Shown in pieces: positions 9,747-19,800 of a stretch of 63,373 nt of DNA. Source of the stretch: an uncultured virus (IMG/VR IMGVR_UViG_3300031521_000018) (taxonomy: Duplodnaviria; Heunggongvirae; Uroviricota; Caudoviricetes); IMG/VR virus record IMGVR_UViG_3300031521_000018, positions 62,001-125,373 of that record. One strand, 5' to 3'. Under the pieces are notes generated by a model. The model was not told where the DNA came from and did not search any database. It was given only the letters and a program-made list of their open reading frames with translations. Each line of letters begins with the position of its first letter. Positions within the stretch are counted from its first letter, which is position 1. A program made the position numbers and the translations under genes.

Positions 9747-11447
9747 ATGGCTATACCAATATTGTTTAAACCTATAACAAAACTAGCTGAACGGCTTGGT
9801 AATATAGGAATTGATTATTCTATAATTAAAGAAACCAATTCTATAACATATGAGGATGATTTATATAAAGCCTATAGTAGTTGGTCTAGAGGGCATGAAG
9901 ATACATACGAGGACAATTCATATTCAAAATCTAGTTATAACGAAAAACGAAAATACTTAAGAAAATTTTCCACGTATCCTGAAATAGAATATATATTAGA
10001 TTGTGTATGTGATGATTCAGTTATAACGAACGAATTCAACAGGTACTGTGAAATAAAATTTACAAATGAAAAATACCAAAAGGATGTAAAGGAATCAATA
10101 ATGTCATTTTTTGAGGATGTATATTCACTATTGGATTTTGATGGAGAAAATGTAGCTTGGAAAAAATACAGACAATGGCTAATAGATGGGTGTCTATCAT
10201 ACGAAATCCTGTATGAATATAAAACAAAAGCAGAACTTAATGATCAAATAATTAAACTTAAAAAATCATTAGTTTCCATAAATGAAAATCTGAAATTAGA
10301 AAAAGATGATAAAGAAAGAGTTAAAGTATACAAAGGTCAAGTAGCCAAAGTCCAAAGTGGTCTTGATAAAATACAAAGCCTATTTGAAATGTATGAAAAC
10401 AGTAAATTTTATACAGATGGCACTGAGAAAGAGGATATATATCCTGTAAAAATTATAGGATTTGTTGAAATTGACCCAAATAGGCTTAAATATGTTGATA
10501 TACGTGATCTTAGTGAGAATCAGAAAAAAATTAAAGGTTGGGAATATGTAAAAACAGATGGTAGTAGGGTAACATTATCTGAAAATCAAATACTTTATAT
10601 ACCATATTTGGATATAGATACTACAGGAAATCTGTCTTATGTTGAAAGATTACTCAGGGATTTCAACTTAAAAAGAAAATTAGAGGATGCTACAGTTGGT
10701 TGGTTTATCATGAATTGCCAATCACGTATAAAGATGGTAGTACCTGTTGGTAATAAAACAACAGATAAAGCACTTGAAGCATTAAGGAAATTTGTTAATC
10801 ATTTTAAAGAAACATTACTTATAAATTTTGACAGTGGTGAGGTTACTGTAAACGGTCAACCATCTATATCGTACTCAAGGAATATTGTAGTACCATCGGT
10901 TAATGGTTCTCAATCACAGATAGACACACTTAAACAGGAAGGTCCAGATTTGACAAACATGAAAGTTGTTGATTATTTTAATGGTAGACTAAACGAAATA
11001 TCTAGACTTCCAACAAAACGATTTGATAGAGCTGATAATAATGGTGGTGGAAAGGTTATATTTTACGCTGATGATAACTTATCCTATGAGGATTTATCTT
11101 ACTTCAATTTTATAAATCGTATGATGACTACTTTTAACCAAGTACTTTCAGCACCAATTTATATAAATTGTATGCTTAAACATAAAGAATTAAAAGCAGA
11201 CAAATCTTTTAGAACATCGTTTGGAATAAAACACAATGCCAATTTCTTGATTGAGGATGCCAAACAAACAATGACAGTTAAGAAAAAACTCGATATGATT
11301 AAATTGTATGAGGCTATAAAAAATGATAAAGGTCAACCAATGTACTCTCAAAAATATCTATATATTGACAAATTCGCAATTATGACATTGGAAGAATTTG
11401 AGAAAAACAAAACAATGATTGAAGAAGAATCACCACATACAAATTAA
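9747..11447 (+). CDS. Portal protein, T4 gp20-like
   Basis: 'YPEIEYILD', 'RQWLIDG', 'EIDP', 'SYVERL...LEDA', 'IDTL', 'YF...L...SRLP..RF'. Confidence 0.85.
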   Translation: MAIPILFKPITKLAERLGNIGIDYSIIKETNSITYEDDLYKAYSSWSRGHEDTYEDNSYSKSSYNEKRKYLRKFSTYPEIEYILDCVCDDSVITNEFNRYCEIKFTNEKYQKDVKESIMSFFEDVYSLLDFDGENVAWKKYRQWLIDGCLSYEILYEYKTKAELNDQIIKLKKSLVSINENLKLEKDDKERVKVYKGQVAKVQSGLDKIQSLFEMYENSKFYTDGTEKEDIYPVKIIGFVEIDPNRLKYVDIRDLSENQKKIKGWEYVKTDGSRVTLSENQILYIPYLDIDTTGNLSYVERLLRDFNLKRKLEDATVGWFIMNCQSRIKMVVPVGNKTTDKALEALRKFVNHFKETLLINFDSGEVTVNGQPSISYSRNIVVPSVNGSQSQIDTLKQEGPDLTNMKVVDYFNGRLNEISRLPTKRFDRADNNGGGKVIFYADDNLSYEDLSYFNFINRMMTTFNQVLSAPIYINCMLKHKELKADKSFRTSFGIKHNANFLIEDAKQTMTVKKKLDMIKLYEAIKNDKGQPMYSQKYLYIDKFAIMTLEEFEKNKTMIEEESPHTN

Positions 11448-11454
11448 TACTATT

Positions 11455-12228
11455 ATGGCAAAACAGAACAATTATTACATAGACAGGGAAAGATATGATG
11501 TTGAACTTAGAAAATGTATAATCAACAATCAACTCAGTACAGATTTTCTGAATATGTTCAGAAAGCATTGCTTACATGTTGGTAAAAGGTTCTATTTAGC
11601 TACCGATGATATACGAGAGGATGCAATCTCAACAGCAACTCATGATCTATGTAAATATTGGAGAACATTTAATATTTATAATTGTGCGGCAATTAAATTA
11701 TGTCAAAATTTTATTGTTGGAGATAAAATTGAGATCAATATTAAAAACTATGGTATAATATCTATAACAATAGGCGAAGACGCTAATTATGAAAATGATA
11801 TAGTATCTTTAGGAAGAAATGAAAATATAACTCTTAAAAATATAGTTAATCTAGTAAAAGAAAAGTATCAATCACAAGGTGTGATTAGATGTACAAATTA
11901 CACAGTTCAAAAAAAGCTTTCCATAATTGACATTTTTAACAAAGAAGATATGTCTGTATTCTCAGATGTGTGTTTTAAATTAATAGGTGATGAATCAAGG
12001 TTACAGGAAACTATATTTGAAGATAAATTTCAAAAGACAGAAATCGTTGACTGCCATTGTATAAAATACACAATGCTTGAATCATCTAATGCTTTTTCAT
12101 TCCTTACATCGTTGATAACAAATTCAATGATAAATTCCTTAAATCTTTCAAACCCTAAAGAGCTTCGTGATGGCAATAGAGTACCTTTGAGTAGGCTTGT
12201 AAATGCTGAGGGTTCATATGAGGCTTGA
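11455..12228 (+). CDS. Late-transcription sigma factor, T4 gp55-like, with a ~135-aa insertion
   Basis: 'YYID', 'REDAIS...LCKYWRTFN' ... 'SNAFSFLT...NS' match gp55 blocks; start moved to ATG 11455. Confidence 0.7.
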   Translation: MAKQNNYYIDRERYDVELRKCIINNQLSTDFLNMFRKHCLHVGKRFYLATDDIREDAISTATHDLCKYWRTFNIYNCAAIKLCQNFIVGDKIEINIKNYGIISITIGEDANYENDIVSLGRNENITLKNIVNLVKEKYQSQGVIRCTNYTVQKKLSIIDIFNKEDMSVFSDVCFKLIGDESRLQETIFEDKFQKTEIVDCHCIKYTMLESSNAFSFLTSLITNSMINSLNLSNPKELRDGNRVPLSRLVNAEGSYEA

Positions 12229-12273
12229 TTAATATTGGTCTGTTTTTATATAAAATTACAAAATATAATAAAA

Positions 12274-13671
12274 ATGGCTGATTTATCAAAACTTATTAAA
12301 CCTGATTGGTTAGAAATAACAGACGAATTTGAAAAGGCATATGATACTGTAACAACAGAAAACGGTGTGTTTTTTATAACAGGTTCTGCGGGTTCAGGAA
12401 AATCTACGTTCCTAAAACTTTTATTATCAAACATGAAACTTGGTTCGTATGTTGTGCTTTCTCCTACAGGGGTTGCCGCCAACAACCTAAGAACAGATGG
12501 TATAGAATGTGAAACCATACATTCTTATTTTGGATTCCCACCTAAGCCTTTATTTCCGTGTAATATACATAAGCCAAATGAAAATAGCTTAGAAAAGTAT
12601 GCCATACCCGAAACATTAGTTATAGATGAAATATCAATGGTTTCATCTTTAATGCTTTCGGCAATAGACGAATTTTATAGAAAAGCACTTAATATAGACG
12701 AATTTTTTGGTGGAAAGAGGCTAATATTAGTTGGTGATTTATACCAATTACCACCTGTAATTTCAGATAAATCTGAAATGGATTATATCAGGCATACATT
12801 TGGCTCAAAATACTTTTATTCAGCAAAACCATTTGAATTTGTACCAATTACAACCATAAATTTTACAAGAATTTTTAGACAGAAAGATGAAAAATTTATT
12901 TCATTTTTAAATTCTATAAAATATGGCACAATAACACGTTCTCAGCTTAATGAACATAACCAAATTATGGTTCATAACGAAATTAAAGATGATGCCATTG
13001 TATTATGTACTTATAATAAGGATGTAGAATATTATAATAATAAAAAACTTGACGAAATAAGTTCAAAACCAATAACTTTGGTTGGTAAAGTAGAAGGAAA
13101 TTTCAATGTTAAGCAATGTGCTGTTGACGAGGTAATAAAAATAAAAATAGGTGCTAGGGTTATGATTCGCTCAAATGATAGAGAAAGCGGGCAATATATC
13201 AATGGAACTGTTGGAAAACTTATTAATTTTGATGGTGAGCTTATGGATGTTGAATTAGACAGCGGCTGTATTGTAAGTATAGGCAAGGTTGAGTTCCATT
13301 CTGAAAAATATGAATTTGATAAATCATCTAATGAGGTTAGGTCTATGGGTACAGGAAAATTTATCCAATATCCAATATCCATAGGTTATGCCATGTCTAT
13401 ACATAAATCTCAGTCTTGTACTATTGAAGAATATGTCATAGATACAGGTGAAAGAGGAATATTCGACACGGGTCAGACATATGTTGCCTTATCTAGATGT
13501 ACTAAATTATCAGGTATAAAATTAAAAAGACCATTAGGAATTTCTGAAGTAATGGTTGATAATGCGGTTATGGAATTTATGAGTAATGTAAATAAAAATG
13601 ATGTTAAAGAATATAAGAAGGAATCGGATGGTTTTGGTGGTATATTCAATAATATAAATGGTCAATTTTAA
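12274..13671 (+). CDS. Pif1/RecD-like SF1B DNA helicase
   Basis: 'TGSAGSGKS', 'PTGVAA', 'TIHS', 'IDEISM', 'GDLYQLPP', 'FRQ', 'AMSIHKSQ', 'YVALSR'. Confidence 0.92.
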   Translation: MADLSKLIKPDWLEITDEFEKAYDTVTTENGVFFITGSAGSGKSTFLKLLLSNMKLGSYVVLSPTGVAANNLRTDGIECETIHSYFGFPPKPLFPCNIHKPNENSLEKYAIPETLVIDEISMVSSLMLSAIDEFYRKALNIDEFFGGKRLILVGDLYQLPPVISDKSEMDYIRHTFGSKYFYSAKPFEFVPITTINFTRIFRQKDEKFISFLNSIKYGTITRSQLNEHNQIMVHNEIKDDAIVLCTYNKDVEYYNNKKLDEISSKPITLVGKVEGNFNVKQCAVDEVIKIKIGARVMIRSNDRESGQYINGTVGKLINFDGELMDVELDSGCIVSIGKVEFHSEKYEFDKSSNEVRSMGTGKFIQYPISIGYAMSIHKSQSCTIEEYVIDTGERGIFDTGQTYVALSRCTKLSGIKLKRPLGISEVMVDNAVMEFMSNVNKNDVKEYKKESDGFGGIFNNINGQF

Positions 13672-13673
13672 TC

Positions 13674-14891
13674 ATGGTATATAATTTAGGTTTACAGTAC
13701 TGCAGGTTTAAGCAAGGACAAGAGGTGACAGTACAAGAAATTAAAGATGAAATTATACGTCTTGAAAACTTGAGATTTACCAAAAAGAGTGAGGATTTAT
13801 CTTTGAAAAAAATCCTCAATTCAATATATGGTGTATTTGGCTTTAGTAATTTTGTACTATATGACAAATATGTTGCCTCATCAATATCAACACAATCAGC
13901 TTATGTAATTAAATATACCAAATTTTGGTTCAATAAGTACTTTAAGGAAAGATTTCCATACATATACGATGTTCATAAACAACTTGGAATAACAAAGGTA
14001 ATACCTGTGACAGGTGATATTGTTATATATGGTGATACTGATTCCATATTTGTTAATTATGGCAAAATTATTAAGAATACTGATTATAAAGGTAGCGTTC
14101 AAGATTTCATATTAAAATTAAACGAACTTGACATATATCCCGCACTTGGTCATATGCTTTCGTATTTTATCGGCTTACATAATGGTTTACAGACAAGAAT
14201 ATCGGGTAAGCCATGTCTTAACTTAACATTTGAGCAAATAGTTGGTAAATTCCTTATTACCGCTAAAAAAAGGTATATTAAGGAATCATTATGGGCTGAT
14301 GGTAATACTTTTGGAAGATATGAAAATGTAAAAGCCGTTGGTCTCGAAATAAATCAGGCATCTGTACCAAAATTTATACGTAATAAATTGAAAGAGATTG
14401 TTATTGACTATATTATAAAAGTAGATAATATAGATTATGCGGTAATAATAGAAAAAGTAAAGCAAGTAAAGGAAGAATTTATACATACTGACATAATAAA
14501 TGTCCTACCCGCACAAAGGGTAAACAATTTGGGTAAATACATTCTTGAAAGTTCAAACAATGAAATAAAGACAATTGCGGGTTCTCAGGCATATATGAGA
14601 GCAATAGCACAATATAATAATGAGATTTCCATGTCATCTAATGAGATAAAGCAAAAATATTCTATAATAAAATCGGGTGATAAAGTTCAATGGTATTGGA
14701 CATCAAATGCATCAACAGATGTGTTTGCCTTTCCGATAGGTGTAATACCACCTCAATTTTTGCAGAAGTTTCCTGTATCATACGATGTACAATTTATGAC
14801 TAATTATTTAGCATATTTAAATAGAATATTATCAGCAATAGGATTACAAGAAATACCTTCATCTTTAGTGACTTTTAATTCGCTTTGGTAA
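13674..14891 (+). CDS. Family B DNA polymerase, C-terminal subunit (split gene, gp43B-like)
   Basis: Motif B 'KKILNSIYG', motif C 'YGDTDS', 'KKRY'; no exonuclease domain or motif A. Confidence 0.85.
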   Translation: MVYNLGLQYCRFKQGQEVTVQEIKDEIIRLENLRFTKKSEDLSLKKILNSIYGVFGFSNFVLYDKYVASSISTQSAYVIKYTKFWFNKYFKERFPYIYDVHKQLGITKVIPVTGDIVIYGDTDSIFVNYGKIIKNTDYKGSVQDFILKLNELDIYPALGHMLSYFIGLHNGLQTRISGKPCLNLTFEQIVGKFLITAKKRYIKESLWADGNTFGRYENVKAVGLEINQASVPKFIRNKLKEIVIDYIIKVDNIDYAVIIEKVKQVKEEFIHTDIINVLPAQRVNNLGKYILESSNNEIKTIAGSQAYMRAIAQYNNEISMSSNEIKQKYSIIKSGDKVQWYWTSNASTDVFAFPIGVIPPQFLQKFPVSYDVQFMTNYLAYLNRILSAIGLQEIPSSLVTFNSLW

Positions 14892-14989
14892 GTTTTACAT
14901 TTTCATGTTGTGCTTATACCATGAAAACTGTCTGAGTTCAAGGAAAATGCCTCTCCTGTAGCGGTAAATACAACGAAAATATTGATATT

Positions 14990-15496
14990 ATGGCTAACGA
15001 AAATATATACAGTACCGAAAGGGTAGAAGAAATATTAAAAGAATATAATAAAACGGGATACTTACCAAGGAACAACCCATTTTATCTTAAAGATATAAGG
15101 AAAAGGAAAGGTTATTTACATTTCCAATATACCGATAAAGAAATAACAGAGCTTGCTAAATTACAAGCATCATGTCTATACTTTGCTAATAATTATGCAT
15201 ATTGTATGACAGATGATGGTATTCAACAGATAAAATTAAGACCATATCAATCAAGAGTGCTTAGACAATTTGAAAGCTATAGATTTAATATATTTTTATC
15301 AAGTAGACAATCAGGTAAATGCTTGTCGGGTGATTCAATTATAACTGTTAATAACGAGAATATAACAATTAAGGATTTTTTCGAGAATATTTATTACTAC
15401 AAAATAAATAAGCCTTTAGCATTTTTATTAAGAATTAAGAGATTTCTTCAAAGAAAAGTAAATAATCAAAAATTAATTAGTACATCAACCATATGA
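14990..15496 (+). CDS. terL: Terminase large subunit N-terminal fragment fused to a split-intein N-half
   Basis: 'LRPYQ' adenine-binding motif and Walker A 'SRQSGK', immediately followed by intein block A 'CLSGDSIITV' (Cys 15320); ORF stops 58 aa later. Confidence 0.88.
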   Translation: MANENIYSTERVEEILKEYNKTGYLPRNNPFYLKDIRKRKGYLHFQYTDKEITELAKLQASCLYFANNYAYCMTDDGIQQIKLRPYQSRVLRQFESYRFNIFLSSRQSGKCLSGDSIITVNNENITIKDFFENIYYYKINKPLAFLLRIKRFLQRKVNNQKLISTSTI

Positions 15497-15906
15497 AAAA
15501 GTTAAAAATAAACGAGGATTGGAATCCAACAGATGTTGTCTATATTCAACAAAATTCATTATGGACATCATACTCTCCTGGCTCAGGAATGACAACCCAA
15601 ATTGCGGGTGATCCCTATAAATTTAGAGGGTATCTTACCGATAAGCAAGGTGATGATCATTTTGATTCCAATGTGGCTAATATAGCTAAATGGGCTGATA
15701 AACAGGAAGGTATAAAAGTTAAAGATGGTACTACATTATTTAAAATACCTTGTTATTGGGGATATAAACCTCAAAGGGATTTGTCAATTTGGGGTGGTAA
15801 TGTCAATCCTGATTATTATCTTTGGATGTCATTTACAAAAGCACCTAATTATAATCTTATTAATTTCTTTAAAACTAAAAACGAGGCTTTAGGGTTTCAT
15901 AAGTAA
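15493..15906 (+). CDS. MKKLKINE-leader protein (putative capsid internal protein)
   Basis: Shared N-terminal peptide family; late motif at 15459. Confidence 0.6.
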   Translation: MKKLKINEDWNPTDVVYIQQNSLWTSYSPGSGMTTQIAGDPYKFRGYLTDKQGDDHFDSNVANIAKWADKQEGIKVKDGTTLFKIPCYWGYKPQRDLSIWGGNVNPDYYLWMSFTKAPNYNLINFFKTKNEALGFHK

Positions 15907-15911
15907 GTACT

Positions 15912-16163
15912 ATGAAAAAACTTAAAATTTTTGAAGGTGATGCTAACCCTGATACAGATATTACAAAAGAAAAGGTTATTGCAAAATTGATTTCATCAGG
16001 AACTGATAAAAAGACTGCTGAAGATGTTGTAATGTACCATTATGACTATGTAATGGATTGCTTTGATAATTTGACCGTTAAAGAGGTTGCGTATAAAGCT
16101 TATGCTATATACAACAAGGAAATAGCTACTAAAGCGAAAAATGATGGAAACTATTACAATTAA
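15912..16163 (+). CDS. MKKLKIFE-leader protein (putative capsid internal protein)
   Basis: Shared N-terminal peptide. Confidence 0.6.
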   Translation: MKKLKIFEGDANPDTDITKEKVIAKLISSGTDKKTAEDVVMYHYDYVMDCFDNLTVKEVAYKAYAIYNKEIATKAKNDGNYYN

Positions 16164-16178
16164 AAAATATAAATTATT

Positions 16179-16418
16179 ATGAAAAAATTAAAAATATTCG
16201 AAAACAATAATTCAGAATCCAAAAATATAAAGGATTTTAATAATGATACATTAAAATCTTTTTTGCAAAAATTACATGAAACTGATGATAAAATAGAGTT
16301 TAATAATGCAACAATGAAAGATGTTGATTATATATTGGGATTAGGGTGGGCTGTAAGCCATCCACAAGAAAAAGACATTGTTGGTGAGGTTTTTGATATA
16401 ACAGTGTCAAATGATTAA
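16179..16418 (+). CDS. MKKLKIFE-leader protein (putative capsid internal protein)
   Basis: Shared N-terminal peptide. Confidence 0.6.
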   Translation: MKKLKIFENNNSESKNIKDFNNDTLKSFLQKLHETDDKIEFNNATMKDVDYILGLGWAVSHPQEKDIVGEVFDITVSND

Positions 16419-16430
16419 ATGTAAATTATT

Positions 16431-16748
16431 ATGAAAAAATTAAAAATATTCGAAAGCAATAATAATAGTAGAAATGACAAATACTTTACAACAATTCCTG
16501 ATAATTTCGAGGGTGATATAAGATTTAGCTGCTTTGAAGGCTCTTATCCTTATATAGAACCTGTTGCTCTTAAAAATACCACTTTGGAGAAAGCCAAAGA
16601 AGAGGCTACAAAAAAACTACAGGAACGGATGAATTACAGGAAGACGGATGAAAAATTATGGGCAAGGTTTGAAATAAACAGCGATGGAAATAATGGCGAT
16701 GGTACTTGGAAAGCTGATTCATCTAAAGACTTGGTTTTAAATCCTTAA
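16431..16748 (+). CDS. MKKLKIFE-leader protein (putative capsid internal protein)
   Basis: Shared N-terminal peptide. Confidence 0.6.
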   Translation: MKKLKIFESNNNSRNDKYFTTIPDNFEGDIRFSCFEGSYPYIEPVALKNTTLEKAKEEATKKLQERMNYRKTDEKLWARFEINSDGNNGDGTWKADSSKDLVLNP

Positions 16749-16766
16749 TTATTTAAAATACTAATT

Positions 16767-16798
16767 GAGAAGCCTGATAGCAACCTGTCAGGCTTCTC
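16767..16798 (+). terminator. Terminator-like hairpin
   Basis: gagaagcctgatag...ctgtcaggcttctc followed by a T-rich tract. Confidence 0.65.
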
Positions 16799-16825
16799 TG
16801 TTTTAAATAATTAAAACGCTTTGCC

Positions 16826-19800
16826 ATGAATGATATAGAAATTGAAGTCCTTTATGATTACCTTAAACAATCAAATTCTTTTTTAGAGGATATTTCTGAG
16901 TATTCATTTGATATATTATCGGCATCAACTGATATCTCCAAATCAGCTAAATTCATTAAAGATGCTATAGCGGGTGTTGATGCAAAGACTCAAAATGTCG
17001 ATGCAAAGACTATACAGCAGAATATACAAGCCGAAACAGCCAATACAGTTAATTCACAACAAAGCATGAATATAGGTTCTTATACTGAGGCTGATATTGC
17101 TAAACTATCAAAGATAATAACCATATATGCAAAATCAATTAATAAATCAGTTGGAACTTTACCAAAAGACACCAAGAAACTTTCTGAATCCATAAAAGCA
17201 GTTGATGTTGGATTTATATCCGCTTTGGGTAAAATGAAAATGAAAGATGCTGAATCTATGGTAAAGAATTTCTTTAATGTTTTAGAATCATTTGTTAAAC
17301 ATCTTAATAAATTTAAAATTAAAAAAGAAATATCAAGCAGAGCTAAAAAATCAATTGGATATGTTAGGTCTACTATAAATGAGGTTAGTAATGTAATGAA
17401 AGGTATAAATTTTGAAGGGCTTGATGGATTTGGTCATTCTCTTTTAAAAGTTGCTAGATCAATAACAGGATTTGTTGGTGCATTGGCTATTGGTGGTGCA
17501 CTATCGATAATAGCAACTCCAGGATTATTGTTCTTTAAATTAGCACTTAGAGTTTTACAACCCGAATTTAAATCTTTAGCAAAAGATAATAAAAAACTTA
17601 AAGATGGTGCACAATCCGTAATGTATATTGGTGCGGGGATACTTGCTATGTCACTTGCTATAGCTGCATCAGCATATGCTATTTCAAAATTCTCAATTAC
17701 AGATATGGTAGTTGGTATGGTAACTGTTATAGGTGTTACTTATATTGTAGCCAAATTTTATAAATACATGGGTCTGAGTGATAAATCAGACCTCAAGAAT
17801 GGTATTAAAAATATGGTACTTATGTCATTATCATTATTAATGATGACAGGTACTTTTTGGGTTATATCCAAGTTGCCAATAGACTATAAGCAGGTTGGTC
17901 TAACAGTTCTTTTGCTTGCGGGTACAGCAGCTTTATTTGCATTGATAGGAATGAAAACCGTATCTGATAAGGTTAAAGAAGGTGCTTTAGCTATAGGATT
18001 TGTATCATTGTCATTGTTGCTGTTTGGATTTTCAGTCTGTATAACCGCTAAAATGTTGGCGGGTCAGACTAATGCTATTTGGCAAATACCTTTGATGTTA
18101 TTCGCTGTAACAGCACCATTTGTAGCTGCAGGATTTTTACTTCCTAAAATAGCTATGGGTGCTTTAGCCTTTGCACTAATTGGAATATCTTTGTGGATAA
18201 TGAAAAAGCCACTTACAGAGATAGGAAATATGATAGCTAAAAATGGTGGTTTGATTTGGAAGATACCAACATTTATTACAGCTTTAGGGTTAGTTTATGC
18301 GGGTGCGGGATTGTTAATAGCACCGATATCTCTAGGTGCTTTAGCAGTTGGATTATTAGCGGGTTCTCTTTATGTATTAGCTAAAGCATTGAAACCAATA
18401 TCTGAACTTAACTTGGAAAGGGAGCAAATGAGCATATTTGCCGATAGTTTAGGAATAGTAGTTAAAGGTGTTTCTGATGCATTTTCTAATTTGAGTATTG
18501 GCTCATTCTTGAAAATAACAATGATGGGTAACAAAGTGGGAGAAGTTGTTGGTGTATTTGCAAGGTCTTTATCATATTGGAAAGCTACAACAACTGATTG
18601 GAAGCCTGAGGATGCCAAGACATTAGCTGATACCATATTGGGTGTAACAACGGCTGTGGCGTTGGGTACATCTCCTGAATATATAAAGAAAATGCATGGA
18701 ATAGATGTTTCACAATGGCAAATACTTAAGGGTATAGCATTTACAATGAGTTTGGGTAGTAATCTTAAAAAATTAGCGGATGGCGTTCTTGTTTGGAAAA
18801 ATATGAAGTTAAGTCCTGATGATGCAAGAAATATCTCAGATAATATCAATACAATTTTGTCTGTTATACCCGCAACTATAGCAAGGATAGGGAACGATGA
18901 TATTACTAAACCCGCAACAGGGCTTCTAGGATTTATAACAGGTGGTGCTTGGACAACAACAAATACAGAAAGAGGTATTGATTACGTTAAAGGTATTGGT
19001 AAAGCAATGACAAAACTTGCTGATGGTGTTAAAATGTGGAAAGAAATGAAATTAACACCAAATGATGCTAAACTTATTTCGGACAATGTAAATACTGTAC
19101 TTTCTATTATACCATCAACAATTTCAAAAATAGGAAATGATAATACTATAAAATCTAGCGGTCTTTTTGGGATTTGGAAAACAACAGATACAGAAAGAGG
19201 TATTGATTATGTTAAAGGCATAGGTAGGTCACTTTATGATTTGGGTGAGGGTGTAAAAACATGGAAAAGCATGAAATTAACACCAACAGAAACAAAGCTA
19301 ATTTCTGATAACATAAATGCGGTACTTTCGATTATACCTTCAACAATAGCCAAGATAGGTGATGATACAAAGACATCAAAGCCAGGACTATTTGGTATGT
19401 GGAAAACAACGGATACTGAACGTGGTATTAAATATGTTAATGGTCTTGGTGCTCCTTTAAAAGATTTATCAATCGCCGTATTAAATTGGAAACAGGCTAA
19501 ACTAACACCCGCTGATATAAAACTTATTGAGAAAAATATTACTGAACTTATAACAACTATACCATCGGCTTTTGCAGCAGTTGGTAGGGCTAAAAATAAT
19601 GACAAGGGATTTTGGGGGATGTTTAAATCGGATGCTGAAAAAGGTATACGTGTTGTAAATAACATGATGTCACCTTTAAAGAGTTTATCGGATGTGGTTT
19701 CTAGTTTTTCAGGTACTACAGATATAAAGGATAGAGGAAAGCAAATTGGTGAGGGTGTAAAACAATTATTGGTTGGAAGTGCCATTGGTATGTCGCTTCT

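Noticed and set aside
5570..12081. Insertions in UvsX, portal and gp55 as inteins
   Set aside because: No Cys/Ser block A start, TxxH, or HN-(C/S/T) end.
14944..14958. 15-nt identity (aaaatgcctctcctg) with one arm of the 27891 terminator, just upstream of terL
   Set aside because: Single short match with no partner arm; cannot be distinguished from chance or a remnant.
15494..15510. Stop-codon readthrough or an alternative genetic code as the explanation for truncated TerL
   Set aside because: Readthrough of TGA meets TAA two codons later. The next ORFs are unrelated to inteins or terminase, and other genes are intact in code 11 with TAG/TGA used as stops.
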